Assembly (NCBI GenBank): GCA_964188305.1
Contig: OZ076887.1
Direction: 5' to 3' (one strand)
DNA from: Podarcis bocagei
Taxonomy: Eukaryota
DNA length: 64,000 nt
The position numbers and the translations under genes are program-made. Below are positions 61,612 to 64,000 of this stretch, piece by piece. The notes beneath the pieces are model-generated. The model worked only from the letters and a program-made list of their open reading frames with translations, ran no database searches and was not told the origin of the DNA. The stretch's first letter is position 1; every line of letters begins with the position of its first letter.

Positions 61612-62199
61612 TACACATCTGTCAGTGTTCAAGGTCAGATTGTCTATTGTTCCATGGGAAGAACAGATCCAGTTATAAACAACCAGTAAAGAGAAAGTCA
61701 AAACAAAAGTCAGTTCCCAGGTTTTTGTAATCCCAAAGCCCTGTAGGGGGAGTGCCACCAGGTTTCAAAGACAAAGAAGGAAGTTTTCCGCCATTAAAGT
61801 TCCAATTTAGTTCAGTTCAGAAAATCCAATAGTCCCTTCACAGACCAAAAGTTCCCCAAAGCACTTTTTAAAGTTCAACAAAGTTTCATAGAAGGTGCCT
61901 GTAACAATGTCACATCCAGTCTGTTTCTGCTCAAAAGTATCAGTTATGTTCCAACAAGTTTCATTAACTGTATCCGCAGTTTGACAAAGTCTCTCCTCCC
62001 TGGCAGCCCGCCGATCTGGCTCTTTAAAATTGCAGCCCGAAAAATAGGAGGAAAGTTCCAACGTAATACTTAGAGTCTCTTTTAATCAGTAACCATTTCT
62101 ACTTTCCATTTAGGAAAAAACAACTCCATAAGCGCACGAAAGTTAAAGCTTCCCACAGTCTCTTTTTAAACGCTTTCCGCTTCTTAGATCTTTGCTTTG

Positions 62200-62627
62200 A
62201 TCTTACCAGCAATGCCGGGAGGCGGACTTCCCTTTTCTCGTCTCCCGGTTTCAGTCAAATTCAACAGATTTTTTGCCAATTGTAATCCCCTTACTCACGG
62301 GTTTGTTGCTTGCAGCTTGGTGTTGATTTTTAGGAAGAAAGGTCAGCGCTCATCTGCAACAGCCGCGCGGCTTCGCTTCCGCGGAAAGAGCGATGAACTC
62401 ACAGCACCGCTCCCCCCTCCTTCACTCCGGATCTCCTTACGGGGTTCCTTCTGTGACTTTGGGGTAGCTTCTGGTGCCCGCCGAGTCCCACGGCCACGGG
62501 CTCACTCTACCCGTGGTTTTTCTTAGTGGGTCGCCGCTATGCCGCAGCGAGCGACCCTTTTCCGCGGAGCCCCTCTTCAGAGAACGAAGAGGACCGCCAT
62601 TACAGTTTCGCGCCGCCTCCGGAAGTG
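62200..62627 (-). promoter_or_regulatory. L1 internal CpG-rich promoter
   Basis: CpG-dense 5' end. The element begins CACTTCCGG (ETS/GABPA motif, 62619-27), followed by a YY1-like TAATGGCGG at 62594-62602. Confidence 0.75.
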
Positions 62628-63817
62628 CCAACCAACATTCTTTATACCCCTCCAATTATTTCTGGGGACAGAACAGGTAGCCAGCGAAATATCACATGCA
62701 AATAAATATGGCACAATCTAGGTCACTTATCACTCTTACCACAGTGCAGGGAAAGGATATATGATGGCTCGAGATTTGTGCCCACGACTTGCAAACATTA
62801 TGAGTGAACAGGCCATTAAATGACGTGCAATACTTGAACTAAGTCTAAGTGAAGGCTATATACACTTCATTCCTACTGAAATCAATTATATCCAAGCATT
62901 TTGCTTTGCATGTTCCTTCCACTGATTTCAGGGGTCCTAGGCACACCTAACTTTGGCTGGGTTGCATCTATTGCCTGTGAAATGTTTGCTACATCCTCAA
63001 AAACATCCTTTTGAAGAGATACCCCACAAAGGTATACAACGACCTGATTTACCACCTCACTGCGCCAACATACCTAACATTCACGGACAAACGGAGGCAA
63101 TTTTAAGGCTCTGCAAAAGTCAGCATATTGTCTCTGCAACACCAGCAGAAGTAGGATGGCAATAAGAGTTTCGCTTTATCCATAGTGCATTGTATTGTTT
63201 TTCTGTTTGAATCAACAACACAGCCCACAGGACGTTCCAGGTTGAAGTGGAGACAGGCAAAAAACATCCAGACAACAATAGGTACCTTTGGAGAGATTTG
63301 GACACTGGAGAACAGGACAAATAATACCCGTGTGCAACACATTTCTGCGGCATCTGCTGTTCAAATTCATATTGATTGCACTCTGGGTTTTATGTATAGG
63401 TGAAAAGAGTGATTGACATTTTTTTCTCTCCTGCAATTCCCAGGCAAGGCCAAACCTATCCTTTACAAATAGCTCGATGCAAGAGATAGTTTATTTCCGT
63501 TTGGCTGTCAAGGTCCACGAGCACTGCTGGGGTTATTTAAATTACGGTTAAAAAGAGAGAACCTGGGCACATTAAGCTTTTGTTTAAAGTGTGAGATATT
63601 ATGCTAAAATATTACTTTATGTTTACACCTGACATGATGAACTGCAAACGTCTGACAGGTGCCATGTAACCCAGTCCAATGCATATTCACTCAGAAGTGC
63701 ATTTGCTCCCTGGACCCTGCTGGGTGAATTCATAGCCTCTCTCACGCACAGACACATTTACCACAGCACTTTTTTCTGAATGTGACGAAAGGTTATATGC
63801 AGAAGCAGTCACAATAA

Positions 63818-64000
63818 AAAGGTAAAGGGACCCCTGACCGTTAGGTCCAGTCGTGGCCGACTCTGGGGTTGCGGCACTCATCTCACTTTATTGGCCGAGG
63901 GAGCCGGCGTACAGCTTCCGGGTTATGTGGCCAGCATGACTAAGCCGCTTCTGGCGAACCAGAGCAGCGCACAGAAACACCGTTTACCTTCCCACTGGAG
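63818..64000 (-). mobile_element. Sauria (Squam1) SINE, 3' half (runs off the window)
   Basis: AAAGGTAAAGGGACCCCTGACC...; reverse complement of the 3' half of the copy at 15782. Confidence 0.92.

Larger units (their letters stand above)
56297..62627 (-). mobile_element. Full-length L1 (LINE-1 clade) retrotransposon, about 6.3 kb
   Basis: 18-bp TSD ccaaccaacattctttat at 56279-56296 and 62628-62645. About 1-kb 5'UTR, ORF1, 21-nt spacer, ORF2, about 0.4-kb 3'UTR, AATAAA (56318-23, minus strand) and an A-rich tail. Confidence 0.97.

Noticed and set aside
56864-61689. Plus-strand ORFs antisense to L1 ORF1 and ORF2 (69-149 aa)
   Set aside because: They are shadow frames of the long minus-strand ORFs, many with non-ATG starts, and have no independent support.
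61612-61758. 49-aa hydrophobic N-terminal extension of L1 ORF1 that looks like a signal or transmembrane segment
   Set aside because: It starts at GTG, not ATG, and the first in-frame ATG is at 61611. The pyrimidine-rich leader explains the hydrophobic translation.

Overview
This is vertebrate genomic DNA, almost certainly from a squamate reptile. The Sauria/Squam1 and Squam3 SINEs, BovB, CR1, L2 and L1 content point to a lacertid lizard (inference). Most short ORFs in the track are spurious. The only long intact coding sequences belong to one full-length L1 retrotransposon on the minus strand (56297-62627), with an 18-bp target-site duplication (TSD), an intact ORF1 and a 1263-aa ORF2. The centre (about 33-44.6 kb) is a cluster of CpG-rich promoter regions carrying minus-strand splice donors. 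It is best read as alternative non-coding first exons of a large, unidentified gene transcribed leftwards, with about 1-33 kb forming its 5' introns. At the left edge, two phase-compatible plus-strand exon candidates (846-979, 2235-2271, then AATAAA) look like the 3' end of an unrecognised gene running antisense to it. The flanks are dense with SINEs, truncated LINEs (L2, CR1, BovB, RTE) and hAT or Tc1/mariner MITEs. These include a three-level nested insertion and a composite MITE carrying an L2 tail that occurs at two loci. There are three assembly gaps. No gene symbol could be assigned, and I found no evidence of a new multi-gene system.
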